DNA from: Bacteroidia bacterium
GTDB taxonomy: Bacteria; Bacteroidota; Bacteroidia; NS11-12g; UBA955
Reading direction: 5' to 3'
DNA length: 51,769 nucleotides
Assembly: GCA_044373665.1 (NCBI GenBank)
Contig: JBIPNH010000006.1
Span: forward strand, 1-51,769
The notes under the pieces were generated by a model. It did not search any database. It was not told where the DNA came from and was given only the letters and a program-made list of their open reading frames with translations. The translations under genes and the position numbers were made by a program. Position 1 is the first letter of the stretch, and the number at the start of each line of letters is the position of its first letter. Of the stretch, positions 27,767 through 36,624 are shown one piece after another.

Positions 27767-28648
27767 ATGAGATATTTAGTTATAATTCTAGTTGTTTTAG
27801 TGTTTTCTTCCTGCGAAAAAACAGAGAAAATAGAAGATTACCCAACTCATAAAAGTTTGTTGGTGTCCAATTGCATTTTCGACCAAAATACCGGTTTCAT
27901 TTTTACACTTTCCAAAAGTTTGTCACCATTGGACAATGCACCATTCAAGCAATTGGTTCATCCAAGGGCTTATGTAAAATTGTATGAAAATGATATATTG
28001 ATTGACTCATTTGGGTATCAAGTTGGTAATTCTCTTGCAAGTGATCAAAATCCAAAACCCAATTTTAAATACCGATTTGAAGCCTTTTTTCCGGGTTTTA
28101 CAAAAGTTTCTGGAGAGGATATCATGCCAGAAATTATTGACATTGTTGATGTTAAAACAAGTAAAATTGTCAAGAATTATGATTATACTAATGCATTAAC
28201 TTTGGACATGGATTTAACCTTGAGTAACACGCACCAAAACAATGATTACGTTATTTTAGAATTCATCAGACCGATAGAAATTGATACCCTTAACAAAACT
28301 TATTTTTTTGAAGAGCTTGTCGACTTAAAGTTAAAAAATTCAATATTTGAGTTCGAGAAACTCGACAATAAAATATACATAAAAACAAATGGTCAGAAAA
28401 TCAATCAATTAAGTATAAGAAGAGAATCAATTGAATATGCTTATGGAATTCAAAGTACTCAGAACAAAATGCAAGTAAGTATTTCAAATTGCTCAAAAAC
28501 AACCTTTGAGTATTTGAGAAGGTTCAATTTACAACGCTTAAACGAATTTGATCCATTTGCAGAACCGACACCTGTCTCCAATAACATAAAGAACGGTTAT
28601 GGTATTTTCGGTGCAACGGGAATAATATTGAAGGAGTTTACTTTTTAG
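27767..28648 (+). CDS. DUF4249-like lipoprotein partner of the TonB-dependent receptor
   Basis: Lipobox FSSCEK after the ATG at 27767; C-terminal PFAEPTPVSNNIKNGYGIFGA; sits directly after the receptor gene. Confidence 0.8.
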   Translation: MRYLVIILVVLVFSSCEKTEKIEDYPTHKSLLVSNCIFDQNTGFIFTLSKSLSPLDNAPFKQLVHPRAYVKLYENDILIDSFGYQVGNSLASDQNPKPNFKYRFEAFFPGFTKVSGEDIMPEIIDIVDVKTSKIVKNYDYTNALTLDMDLTLSNTHQNNDYVILEFIRPIEIDTLNKTYFFEELVDLKLKNSIFEFEKLDNKIYIKTNGQKINQLSIRRESIEYAYGIQSTQNKMQVSISNCSKTTFEYLRRFNLQRLNEFDPFAEPTPVSNNIKNGYGIFGATGIILKEFTF

Positions 28649-28833
28649 AATTGATTGTTTGCAGAAGTTTAAGTTATTTTGCTAATAACCAAAGAGAAAA
28701 GAAGAACAGTAATGGTTTGAATTAGGAGTTTAATAGTATTTATTGCCCATAAAATACAGCTATTATCAAACATTATCATGTTCAGCTTGTTATCTTTTTA
28801 ATCGAAAATTGTGAAAAAACTGATAAATATCAT

Positions 28834-28864
28834 TATTTTTGCACAATAGAATTAGTCTAAATAA
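28834..28864 (+). promoter_or_regulatory. iscS promoter box followed by a candidate dyad operator
   Basis: TATTTTTG at 28834-28841, then AATAGAATTAGTCTAAATAA (TAGA-N5-TCTA dyad) between the promoter and the ATG. Confidence 0.5.
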
Positions 28865-28869
28865 GAATT

Positions 28870-30084
28870 ATGTTAAAACTACCAATCTACCTAGATAATA
28901 ATGCTACCACACCCATGGACCCTAGGGTTTTGGAAGCAATGATGCCATATTTTACCGAAATATTCGGAAATGCAGCCAGCAGAAATCACCCCTTTGGTTG
29001 GAAAGCAGAAGAGGCTGTGGATTATGCCAGAGAGCAAGTAGCCGCCTTAATCAACGCCGATGAAAAAGAAATAATCTTTACAAGTGGTGCAACCGAATCT
29101 AACAACTTAGCTATCAAAGGCGTGTTCGAAATGTATGCGGCTAAGGGTCAACATATCATTACCGTTGAAACTGAACACAAAGCGGTATTGGATGCTTGTA
29201 AACACATCGAAAAATTAGGCGCTCAAGTTACTTACTTAAAAACCAATGAGCAAGGTCTAATCACTGTAAAACAAGTTGAAGATGCTTTACAACCCAATAC
29301 AATTTTGGTTAGTATTATGTACGCCAACAACGAAATTGGGGTTATTCAACCCATGAAAGAAATTGGTGCTTTGTGCCATTCTAAAGGGATTTTATTTCAT
29401 ACGGACGCTACACAAGCAGTTGGCAAAATTCCAGTTGACGTAATAGCTGACAATATCGATTTATTGAGTTTTACAGGTCACAAAATGTACGGTCCTAAAG
29501 GAGTTGGTGCTTTGTATGTAAGAAGAAAAAATCCAAGAGTTAAGGTTACTGCTCAAATGGATGGTGGTGGACACGAAAGAGGCATGAGAAGTGGAACTTT
29601 GAATGTGCCCGGTATAGTTGGTTTTGGTAAAGCTTGTGAATTGTGCAAAAATGAAATGCAAGCTGATACGGATAGAATCATAAAAATGAGAGACCATTTA
29701 GAAAAAGAATTATTGGTGCTTGAAGAGTCATACATCAACGGAAGTAAAGAACACAGATTGCCGCATGTAAGCAATATGTCTTTTAAATATGTAGAAGGAG
29801 AAGGATTGATAATGGGAGTTAAGAACATTGCTGTTTCATCAGGTTCGGCATGTACTAGTGCTAGTTTGGAGCCAAGTTATGTGTTGAAAGCATTAGGTTT
29901 AGACGATGAGTTAGCACATTCATCATTGCGATTTGGCTTAAGCAGATTTACAACAGATGAAGAGGTGGATTATGCTATCAATCACGTGAAAGAGGCGGTT
30001 ACTAAGTTGAGAGACATGAGCCCGTTGTGGGAAATGTTTAAGGAAGGAATAGATTTGAAGTCTATTCAATGGGCAGAACATTAA
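28870..30084 (+). CDS. iscS: Cysteine desulfurase IscS
   Basis: [28 protein letters not shown] (PLP Lys) and SSGSACTS (catalytic Cys). Confidence 0.97.
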   Translation: MLKLPIYLDNNATTPMDPRVLEAMMPYFTEIFGNAASRNHPFGWKAEEAVDYAREQVAALINADEKEIIFTSGATESNNLAIKGVFEMYAAKGQHIITVETEHKAVLDACKHIEKLGAQVTYLKTNEQGLITVKQVEDALQPNTILVSIMYANNEIGVIQPMKEIGALCHSKGILFHTDATQAVGKIPVDVIADNIDLLSFTGHKMYGPKGVGALYVRRKNPRVKVTAQMDGGGHERGMRSGTLNVPGIVGFGKACELCKNEMQADTDRIIKMRDHLEKELLVLEESYINGSKEHRLPHVSNMSFKYVEGEGLIMGVKNIAVSSGSACTSASLEPSYVLKALGLDDELAHSSLRFGLSRFTTDEEVDYAINHVKEAVTKLRDMSPLWEMFKEGIDLKSIQWAEH

Positions 30085-30088
30085 AAGC

Positions 30089-30123
30089 TAGGGAATAGGT
30101 GTTAGGATTAAGGGAATAGGGTT
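30089..30123 (+). repeat. Degenerate G-rich heptamer tandem repeat
   Basis: TAGGGAA TAGGTGT TAGGATT AAGGGAA TAGGGTT. Confidence 0.75.
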
Positions 30124-30181
30124 TATAAGAAAGTAAATCAAAAATCATAAATCAACCGCGAAACAACATTAATAAAAATCA

Positions 30182-30199
30182 TTCCGATAGCTATCGGAA
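30182..30199. repeat. Perfect 18-bp palindrome TTCCGATAGCTATCGGAA
   Basis: Self-complementary; the CCGATAGCTATCGG core is one I recognise as a dispersed intergenic repeat in Bacteroidota. Confidence 0.75.
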
Positions 30200-30235
30200 C
30201 AAAAAATCAAAAATTAAAAAAATCAAAAATAAATT

Positions 30236-30652
30236 ATGGCTTATTCAGAAAAAGTAATCGATCATTATAACAATCCAAGAAATATTGGAACGTTAGATAA
30301 AAATAAAAAAGAAGTTGGTACAGGTTTAGTAGGTGCACCAGAGTGTGGTGATGTTATGCGTTTGCAAATTGAAGTAGACGAAGTAACAGGCATTATTAAA
30401 GATGCTAAATTCAAAACATTTGGTTGTGGAAGCGCTATTGCCTCTTCTTCATTGGCAACAGAATGGCTCAAAGGAAAATCAGTAGATGATGCCTTAAAAA
30501 TCGACAACATGGATATTGTTGAAGAATTGGCGTTACCTCCTGTTAAAATCCATTGCAGTGTATTGGCAGAGGATGCCATTAAGTCTGCCATCAATGATTA
30601 CAGAGCTAAAAACGGTTTAGCACCTATAGAGGACGATAAAAAACACTATTAA
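30236..30652 (+). CDS. iscU: Fe-S cluster scaffold IscU
   Basis: GAPECGDVM, FKTFGCGSAIASSS, LPPVKIHCS. Confidence 0.97.
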   Translation: MAYSEKVIDHYNNPRNIGTLDKNKKEVGTGLVGAPECGDVMRLQIEVDEVTGIIKDAKFKTFGCGSAIASSSLATEWLKGKSVDDALKIDNMDIVEELALPPVKIHCSVLAEDAIKSAINDYRAKNGLAPIEDDKKHY

Positions 30653-30711
30653 TAGGGGCGAGGGGTTAGGAATTAGGGGCAAGGGGTTAGGAAATAGGGG
30701 TAGGGGAAAGG
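30653..30711 (+). repeat. G-rich heptamer tandem repeat with six GGGG runs
   Basis: TAGGGGC GAGGGGT TAGGAAT TAGGGGC AAGGGGT TAGGAAA TAGGGG TAGGGG. Confidence 0.85.
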
Positions 30712-30989
30712 AGATCGCCGTGTCTAGGCTCAATATAGCGGGCAAGGATTTAGGGATTAAGAGATTAGGGAGTTTGGGATAGTCTTGACTAGCCTTAGAT
30801 TAAAGGGTAGGAAAGGTGAAAAACAATAAAGCTACCTAAAATTCAAAAACTAATCGTGAGTAGGATTATAAAATGAAATAAAAAAATAAAGCGTATAGCA
30901 GCATTAATAAAATCAAAAATTATAAAATCAACCGCGGAGCAGCATTAATACAATTAAAAAAACAAATTAAAACATTAATAAAATAAATT

Positions 30990-31325
30990 ATGTCAGCAGA
31001 TATAACAATAACAGATAGAGCACTTGACAAAGTTAAACAGTTGATGAGTCAGGAAAATATGGGTCCAGATTATTTTGTGAGAGTTTCTGTAAAAGGGGGA
31101 GGTTGTAGTGGTTTAAGTTATGATTTAGATTTTGACAACGAGCCAAAAGATGGAGACCAAGAATTTATTACCAACTCAATTAAAGTGGTTTGTGATTTAA
31201 AAAGTTACTTGTATTTGGCAGGTACTGAATTAGATTTTACCGATGGATTAAATGGAAAAGGTTTTAACTTTATCAATCCTAATGCCAAAAGAACTTGTGG
31301 ATGTGGCGAAAGTTTCGCCGTTTAG
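30990..31325 (+). CDS. iscA: A-type Fe-S carrier (HesB/IscA family)
   Basis: GGGCSGLSY and NPNAKRTCGCGESF. Confidence 0.95.
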   Translation: MSADITITDRALDKVKQLMSQENMGPDYFVRVSVKGGGCSGLSYDLDFDNEPKDGDQEFITNSIKVVCDLKSYLYLAGTELDFTDGLNGKGFNFINPNAKRTCGCGESFAV

Positions 31326-31355
31326 CTAGCGATTTCGTTTATATTTTTAATTAAT

Positions 31356-31390
31356 AAAAAAAACCTCCCTGTTTACAAGGAGGTTTTTTT
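31356..31390. terminator. Bidirectional intrinsic terminator
   Basis: AAAAAAAACCTCC...GGAGGTTTTTTT between convergent genes. Confidence 0.85.
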
Positions 31391-31409
31391 ATGGAAAAGT
31401 TTTTGGGAT

Positions 31410-31940
31410 TTATTTAGCGCTTGCTTTGATAGTCCAAATAACATCTGCTTTTAAATCCATAGCAGGAATTGGTCCTGAACTTACTCCTTTAACTCTGTAA
31501 GTAAAAGTAGTGGATTTGATATAATTAGCCAAGTTTTCGTTGCTATTAACCGTTAAAGTCAAATTGTTTTGGTCGTCTAAAACTGGATTTTTTGAAGCAA
31601 TAAGAACTTCAGGATTACCGTCTGCTGCGATATATAACTCAATTTTTTCAATAGAATTAAAGTTTAAAGTAGAGTCCGTAATTGTAACTTTGGCAGAACG
31701 AAGGGTTAATTCATCCAATAAATCGAGTGATGTATTGTTTTTTTCAAGCTCTTGTTTTAACGAAGAGGTTAAAACAGATTCACCTATTACATATTCTCCC
31801 GGTGCTTCAATTGCTTCCACTGAAAGAGTGGCTTCGGTAGTGTAATCAAAGTTAATACTTGTTAGTTTTTCAAGGCATCCGCCCATTGTTAATACACTGA
31901 TAAAGAGTATTAAACTGGTATTTATAAAAAGTTGTTTCAT
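31410..31940 (-). CDS. Hypothetical lipoprotein
   Basis: Lipobox-like LTMGGC; TACCTTTG promoter box at 31969-31976 (minus strand). Confidence 0.7.
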   Translation of the reverse strand: MKQLFINTSLILFISVLTMGGCLEKLTSINFDYTTEATLSVEAIEAPGEYVIGESVLTSSLKQELEKNNTSLDLLDELTLRSAKVTITDSTLNFNSIEKIELYIAADGNPEVLIASKNPVLDDQNNLTLTVNSNENLANYIKSTTFTYRVKGVSSGPIPAMDLKADVIWTIKASAK

Positions 31941-31987
31941 GATATGATTATTTTTAATAATTTACTTACAAAGGTAAATAAATGGTT

Positions 31988-32440
31988 TTAATTGTTATCA
32001 AAGATTTTTTTAAGTGCTATATTGATCGATTTTCCGTCAGTTTTGCCAGCTAGGTTTTTCATAGCAACGGGCATTATTTTACCAACTTCTTGCATACCGC
32101 TTGCACCCACTTCGGCGATTATAAGTTTTAAGGCATCAATAAGTTCAGTTTCACTCATCGCTTTTGGTAAATAAGTTTCAATAACAGCAAGTTCTTCTTT
32201 CTCTCTTTGAGCTAAATCGTTGCGGTTTTCTTTCTCAAAAATTTCAATACTGTCTTTACGTTGTTTAGCCATTTTCATCATAGCTTTCATGGCGATTTCG
32301 TCGTTAATGTCCTTATTGCCTGTTTCTGTTCCTGCAATTAAAAAAGCTGATTTCATAGCACGGATTGCTCTCAATCTAATTTCATCTTTCGCTTTCATTG
32401 CGTCGATTAAGTCTTTATTTATTTTTTCTACTAAGTTCAT
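31988..32440 (-). CDS. GatB/YqeY domain protein
   Basis: AMKAKD..RL.AIR, KQRKDSIEIF, EL.VIETYLP. The start was moved to ATG 32440, downstream of a TAAATTTG box (32459-32466, minus strand). Confidence 0.92.
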   Translation of the reverse strand: MNLVEKINKDLIDAMKAKDEIRLRAIRAMKSAFLIAGTETGNKDINDEIAMKAMMKMAKQRKDSIEIFEKENRNDLAQREKEELAVIETYLPKAMSETELIDALKLIIAEVGASGMQEVGKIMPVAMKNLAGKTDGKSINIALKKIFDNN

Positions 32441-32665
32441 TGTTGTTATTTTACACTGCAAATTTAAGGAATTATCAATTAAAAGAGGTATTTCTGATAA
32501 CAAGACAATATAAACTTGTTAAATGTGGTTTGAAAGTGATAATACAAAGCATTTCTTTTAGTTTATATTTACAACTTAAGTTTGCTATATGTAAATTATG
32601 CATGTGCTTTATTCTGTAATCAAAAGGTGATTTAATCTGCGATTTTTTGTTTCTTTGCATTCCAA

Positions 32666-33271
32666 TTGAACTATTCATCCAAAATAATTGAGAATGCAGT
32701 AAAAGCCTTATCGGGTTTCCCTGGAATAGGTACGCGAAGTGCATTAAGGATGGTTGTTTTTTTGCTAAAAAGACCAAAAGAGGAAGTTAATCAGTTGGCA
32801 GATGCGTTGATATTATTAAAAACAACTTTAAAGTCATGTCGTGTTTGTCACAATATAAGTGATGAAGAGGTTTGTAATATCTGTAAGTCGCCCAATCGCA
32901 ACCACAGACAATTGTGTGTAGTTGAAGACATGCAGGATGTAATGGCAATAGAAAATACGGCTCAATTCAATGGTTTGTATCATGTGTTAGGAGGAGTTAT
33001 AGCACCTATGGATGGTGTTGGTCCCGATTCACTTAATATTAACTCATTGGTTACAAGAATAGAAAATGGTCAGTTTGAAGAAGTGATTATAGCATTAAAT
33101 CCAAATGTTGAAGGTGATACCACAACTTTTTATATTGCAAGAAAGCTTAAAACAGCTTCCGTTCAAATCAGTACAATAAGTAAAGGAATTTCAATTGGAA
33201 GTGAATTGGAGTTTGCGGATGAAATTACTTTGGGAAAATCCATCTCCTTAAGAGTGCCTTATCAGATTTAA
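32666..33271 (+). CDS. recR: Recombination mediator RecR
   Basis: PGIGTRSALR, Zn finger CRVC...CNIC, LCVVE, YHVLGG, EGDTT, ELEFADEITL; TTG start. Confidence 0.96.
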   Translation: MNYSSKIIENAVKALSGFPGIGTRSALRMVVFLLKRPKEEVNQLADALILLKTTLKSCRVCHNISDEEVCNICKSPNRNHRQLCVVEDMQDVMAIENTAQFNGLYHVLGGVIAPMDGVGPDSLNINSLVTRIENGQFEEVIIALNPNVEGDTTTFYIARKLKTASVQISTISKGISIGSELEFADEITLGKSISLRVPYQI

Positions 33272-33490
33272 ATTTAGTATTTTATACTCAAATATTAGTA
33301 TAAATTAATTCTATATTTCATAATTTATGAGCTTATTATACTATCTAAATTAGTGGAATTTCCGTCAAAATTTTGTTAATATGTCTTTATTTATTTGAAA
33401 ATCATTGATTTATATGTTGATTTGTTATATATTTAAGAAGTGAATAATTAAGTATTTTGCAACACCTTTCTTTTAAAGGGGTATATTTTA

Positions 33491-34096
33491 GTGAGAGTAA
33501 CTCTATTTTTGTTTGTTTTTTTTGTATTAAAGGGGCATTTAAGTGCGAAAAATACGCCTTTGCATTTTAAGTGCAAAAAATACACAATAGACAACGGTTT
33601 GCCAGACAATTGGGTTAAGGAAATGGTTTTCGACCAAAAGGGTTTTTTGTGGATGGCTACATTAAATGGGATTTCAAAATTTGACTCTTATCAATTTCTC
33701 AATTTTACTACCAACAGTCCAATAAAGTTAAAATGGCAAGCATTTAAGTCAATCATTTATATTGACAATGAAGTTTGGGCTTCTTCGGACTCAGGTATTG
33801 TGATAATTAATACTCGTAATTACAAAGTAACTTATTTGGATGTAAATAAAAAACTGGGTATCGTTCATAGGTTATGCAAAACCGCCGACAATATTGTTTA
33901 TTATTTTCAGTCAAACGGCTATTTGACTCAAATTAAAAAAGGCAAACTTTCTAAAACCGTCTTTGTATATAAAAATTGGTTTCGAAGGATGGAGTATGAT
34001 AATTTTGGAAATGTCTTTATAGCCTATAATACAGGAAGGGTTGATGTGCTTAATGGACAAACATTAAAAATAGAACAAAAATTATACTTAAATTAA
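33491..34096 (+). pseudogene. Truncated sensor-kinase N-terminus (two-component regulator beta-propeller repeats)
   Basis: YTIDNGLPDNWV..MVFDQKGFLWMATLNGISKFD is a Reg_prop signature. At 201 aa there is no Y_Y_Y, TM or kinase domain. Confidence 0.6.
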
Positions 34097-34100
34097 AAAT

Positions 34101-34280
34101 ATGATAAAATTAGCAATTATAGAAGGACTTAGTTACAAACTAATTGCCGCCAAATATGATATTTCTATTGATACGGTTAGAAAGCATATCAAAAACATAT
34201 ATTCCAAGCTACACATTAGAAGTAAGGCGGAAATTTTTAGTTTGAAAGATAAAAACAGTAATTTTTTCAATCAATTTTAG
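34101..34280 (+). pseudogene. Internally deleted NarL/LuxR-family response regulator (59 aa; not in the ORF track)
   Basis: Manual translation: MIKLAIIE-GLSYKLIAAKYDISIDTVRKHIKNIYSKLHIRSKAEIF...QF*. This is a receiver beta-1 strand fused in frame to a LuxR HTH. Confidence 0.75.
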
Positions 34281-34709
34281 TTCTACAGGAAAAATGAATT
34301 AGTAATTAACAGTTGATTAGTTCTTGTTTTTAGGTTTTTTATTCTATTAAAATAGACAATTAAATAAGTGTGGATTTTAATAGTAAAGTTGTCCTATTTA
34401 AAAAGCTTAAGTGTTTATTAGTAAACAAAGTACAAGTTAAATGGAAGTGATGCATTTGTGTAAATTGTGGCATTCTTATTGTTTATGTTATTATAAGGTG
34501 TAAAAAAAACCCAAACACAGGTAAGTGGAATATAAAATACTCAATTATTTTTGATGTGTTAATGTTTGGTTTTTCAAGAGCTTAGTATATATTTAACAAT
34601 AATAGAGTCAATGAAGCATAAAATGGAAGTTATAAAATTAAAGACGGTGTTAAGAATCATGTTATTTTTTAGCAGTATTTAATTTTATTGGTTTTTTGAT
34701 TAGGTTTTT

Positions 34710-35885
34710 ATGTTCATTTTTAAATATTCTTTCATTTTAATTTTTCTCCTTTTTTCACATCTCTTGGGTGCACAAGTTTTAACAGGTGCTTCGCAAGTAA
34801 ACAAGTATTTACCCCTTATTAAAGGTAAAAAGGTGGCAATGGTGGTTAATCATACCAGTTTAATTAACCAAACCCATTTAGTAGATTCGCTCTTAAGTTT
34901 AGGAATTCAAGTTACTTGTATTTTTGCGCCTGAACATGGTTTTAGAGGTGACAAGAGCGCCGGAACACATTTTAACAGTGATATTGATGATAAAACAGGC
35001 ATAAAGATAATCTCCCTTTATGGCAGTCACAAAAAACCAACAAAGGAAGATATGCAAAATGTAGAATATGTCATTTTTGATATACAAGATGTAGGGGTTC
35101 GTTTTTACACTTACATTAGTACAATGCATTATGTAATGGAAACTTGTGCCGAATTAAATTTACCTTTCATAGTATTGGACAGACCCAATCCAAATGGTCA
35201 TTATGTAGATGGTCCTGTTTTGCAAAAAGATTTTCAAAGTTTTGTTGGTATGCATCCTATTCCATTGGTGCATGGCTGTACGGTTGGAGAATTAGCTCAA
35301 ATGATAAATGGAGAAAAGTGGTTGCAAGGTGGCTTGAATTGTTCATTGGAAGTTGTTAAAGTTGCCAATTATACCCATCTAACTCCTTATCAATTGCCTG
35401 TGAAACCATCGCCTAACTTAATGTCTCAGAGTGCCATCTATTTGTACCCTAGTTTGGGTTTGTTTGAAGGGACTGTGGTGAGTATGGGGCAGGGAACAAA
35501 CAAAGCATATCAATGCTTTGGTTCACCTGACTTAGGTTTTGGTAATTATAAGTTTGTACCCAGAAGTATCAAAGGGGTAGCCGAAAATCCTAAGTTCTTA
35601 AATGATACTTGTATTGGGTTTGATATGACTTTGTACGGAGAAGAAAGACATTTTGAGCAACAAGAGTTAAACTTAAACCCATTAATTATGAGTTTTCATT
35701 ACGCTAAAGACCCACAAAGTTTTTTCAATAAAAACGGGTTTTTTGATAAATTAGCGGGTACAAATAAGCTAAGAATTCAAATATTAGAAGGTAAATCTGT
35801 CTATGAAATTAGACAATCTTGGCAACAAGAAATAAATATTTATAAAGAAATAAGGGCTAAATATCTGTTATATCCCCAAAATTAG
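34710..35885 (+). CDS. DUF1343 / NamZ-like exo-beta-N-acetylmuramidase
   Basis: IFAPEHGFRG, SLYG, FDIQDVGVRFYTY, LDRPNP, HGCTVGELA, PSPNL. Confidence 0.9.
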   Translation: MFIFKYSFILIFLLFSHLLGAQVLTGASQVNKYLPLIKGKKVAMVVNHTSLINQTHLVDSLLSLGIQVTCIFAPEHGFRGDKSAGTHFNSDIDDKTGIKIISLYGSHKKPTKEDMQNVEYVIFDIQDVGVRFYTYISTMHYVMETCAELNLPFIVLDRPNPNGHYVDGPVLQKDFQSFVGMHPIPLVHGCTVGELAQMINGEKWLQGGLNCSLEVVKVANYTHLTPYQLPVKPSPNLMSQSAIYLYPSLGLFEGTVVSMGQGTNKAYQCFGSPDLGFGNYKFVPRSIKGVAENPKFLNDTCIGFDMTLYGEERHFEQQELNLNPLIMSFHYAKDPQSFFNKNGFFDKLAGTNKLRIQILEGKSVYEIRQSWQQEINIYKEIRAKYLLYPQN

Positions 35886-35949
35886 GGTCTATTTCATAAA
35901 TAAATAGTTTTTTTTACTAAACAATTTGGATAATTGACAATTTATTCAC

Positions 35950-35957
35950 TACATTTG
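35950..35957 (+). promoter_or_regulatory. -7 promoter box of the rpmB operon
   Basis: TACATTTG, 19 bp before the rpmB ATG. Confidence 0.65.
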
Positions 35958-35976
35958 CACTCCCAATTTAAAACGT

Positions 35977-36210
35977 ATGTCAAGAGTTTGTGATTTATCA
36001 GGAAAAAAGGCGTTAGCAGGTAATAATGTGTCTCATAGTAACCGTAAAACTAAACGTAGGTTTTACCCAAATTTACATGAGAAAAGATTTTTTATACCTG
36101 AAACAGCAGAGTGGATTACCCTTAAAGTATCTGCCTCTACTATAAGAACTATTAATAAAATAGGCATTACCGAAGCATTAAACAGAGTATTTAAGAAAGG
36201 AACAATATAA
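35977..36210 (+). CDS. rpmB: 50S ribosomal protein L28
   Basis: [10 protein letters not shown]...[18 protein letters not shown]. Confidence 0.97.
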   Translation: MSRVCDLSGKKALAGNNVSHSNRKTKRRFYPNLHEKRFFIPETAEWITLKVSASTIRTINKIGITEALNRVFKKGTI

Positions 36211-36212
36211 TC

Positions 36213-36395
36213 ATGGCAAAAAAAGGCAATCGCATACAAGTAATATTAGAATGCACCGAACAAAAAAACTCGGATGTACCAGGCATGAGCAGATATATTA
36301 CAACCAAAAACAAAAAAAATACAACTGAAAGAATTGAATTGAAAAAATACAATCCTTTCATGAAAAAAGTAACCGTTCACAAAGAAATTAAATAA
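36213..36395 (+). CDS. rpmG: 50S ribosomal protein L33
   Basis: [16 protein letters not shown]...[22 protein letters not shown]. Confidence 0.97.
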   Translation: MAKKGNRIQVILECTEQKNSDVPGMSRYITTKNKKNTTERIELKKYNPFMKKVTVHKEIK

Positions 36396-36402
36396 TTAAA
36401 TT

Positions 36403-36555
36403 ATGGCAAAGAAAGTTGTTGCAACATTAAAAAAAGCAGGAGAAGGTAAAGACTTTGTTAAAGTTTTCAAAGCAGTAAAATCCAAAAACGGTGCATATTC
36501 TTTCAAGGAAGATATCATCACCGGAGAGGAAGCGAAAACTTATTTTAATAAATAA
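36403..36555 (+). CDS. DUF4295 protein (Bacteroidia ribosomal protein bL38); not in the ORF track
   Basis: Manual translation: MAKKVVATLKKAGEGKDFVKVFKAVKSKNGAYSFKEDIITGEEAKTYFNK* (50 aa); located between rpmG and ftsY. Confidence 0.9.
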   Translation: MAKKVVATLKKAGEGKDFVKVFKAVKSKNGAYSFKEDIITGEEAKTYFNK

Positions 36556-36576
36556 TAAACAAATTATATTTAGATT

Positions 36577-36603
36577 GCCTCCGGAAACGGGGGCTTTTTT
36601 TTT
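36577..36603 (+). terminator. Intrinsic terminator between the r-protein genes and ftsY
   Basis: GCCTCCG-GAAA-CGGGGGC followed by T9. Confidence 0.85.
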
Positions 36604-36624
36604 ACCATTTAATCAATAAACTAA

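Noticed and set aside
32220-32777. Several 70-100 aa ORFs around the yqeY/recR divergent promoter region
   Set aside because: They overlap real genes and promoter boxes and show no protein-family features.
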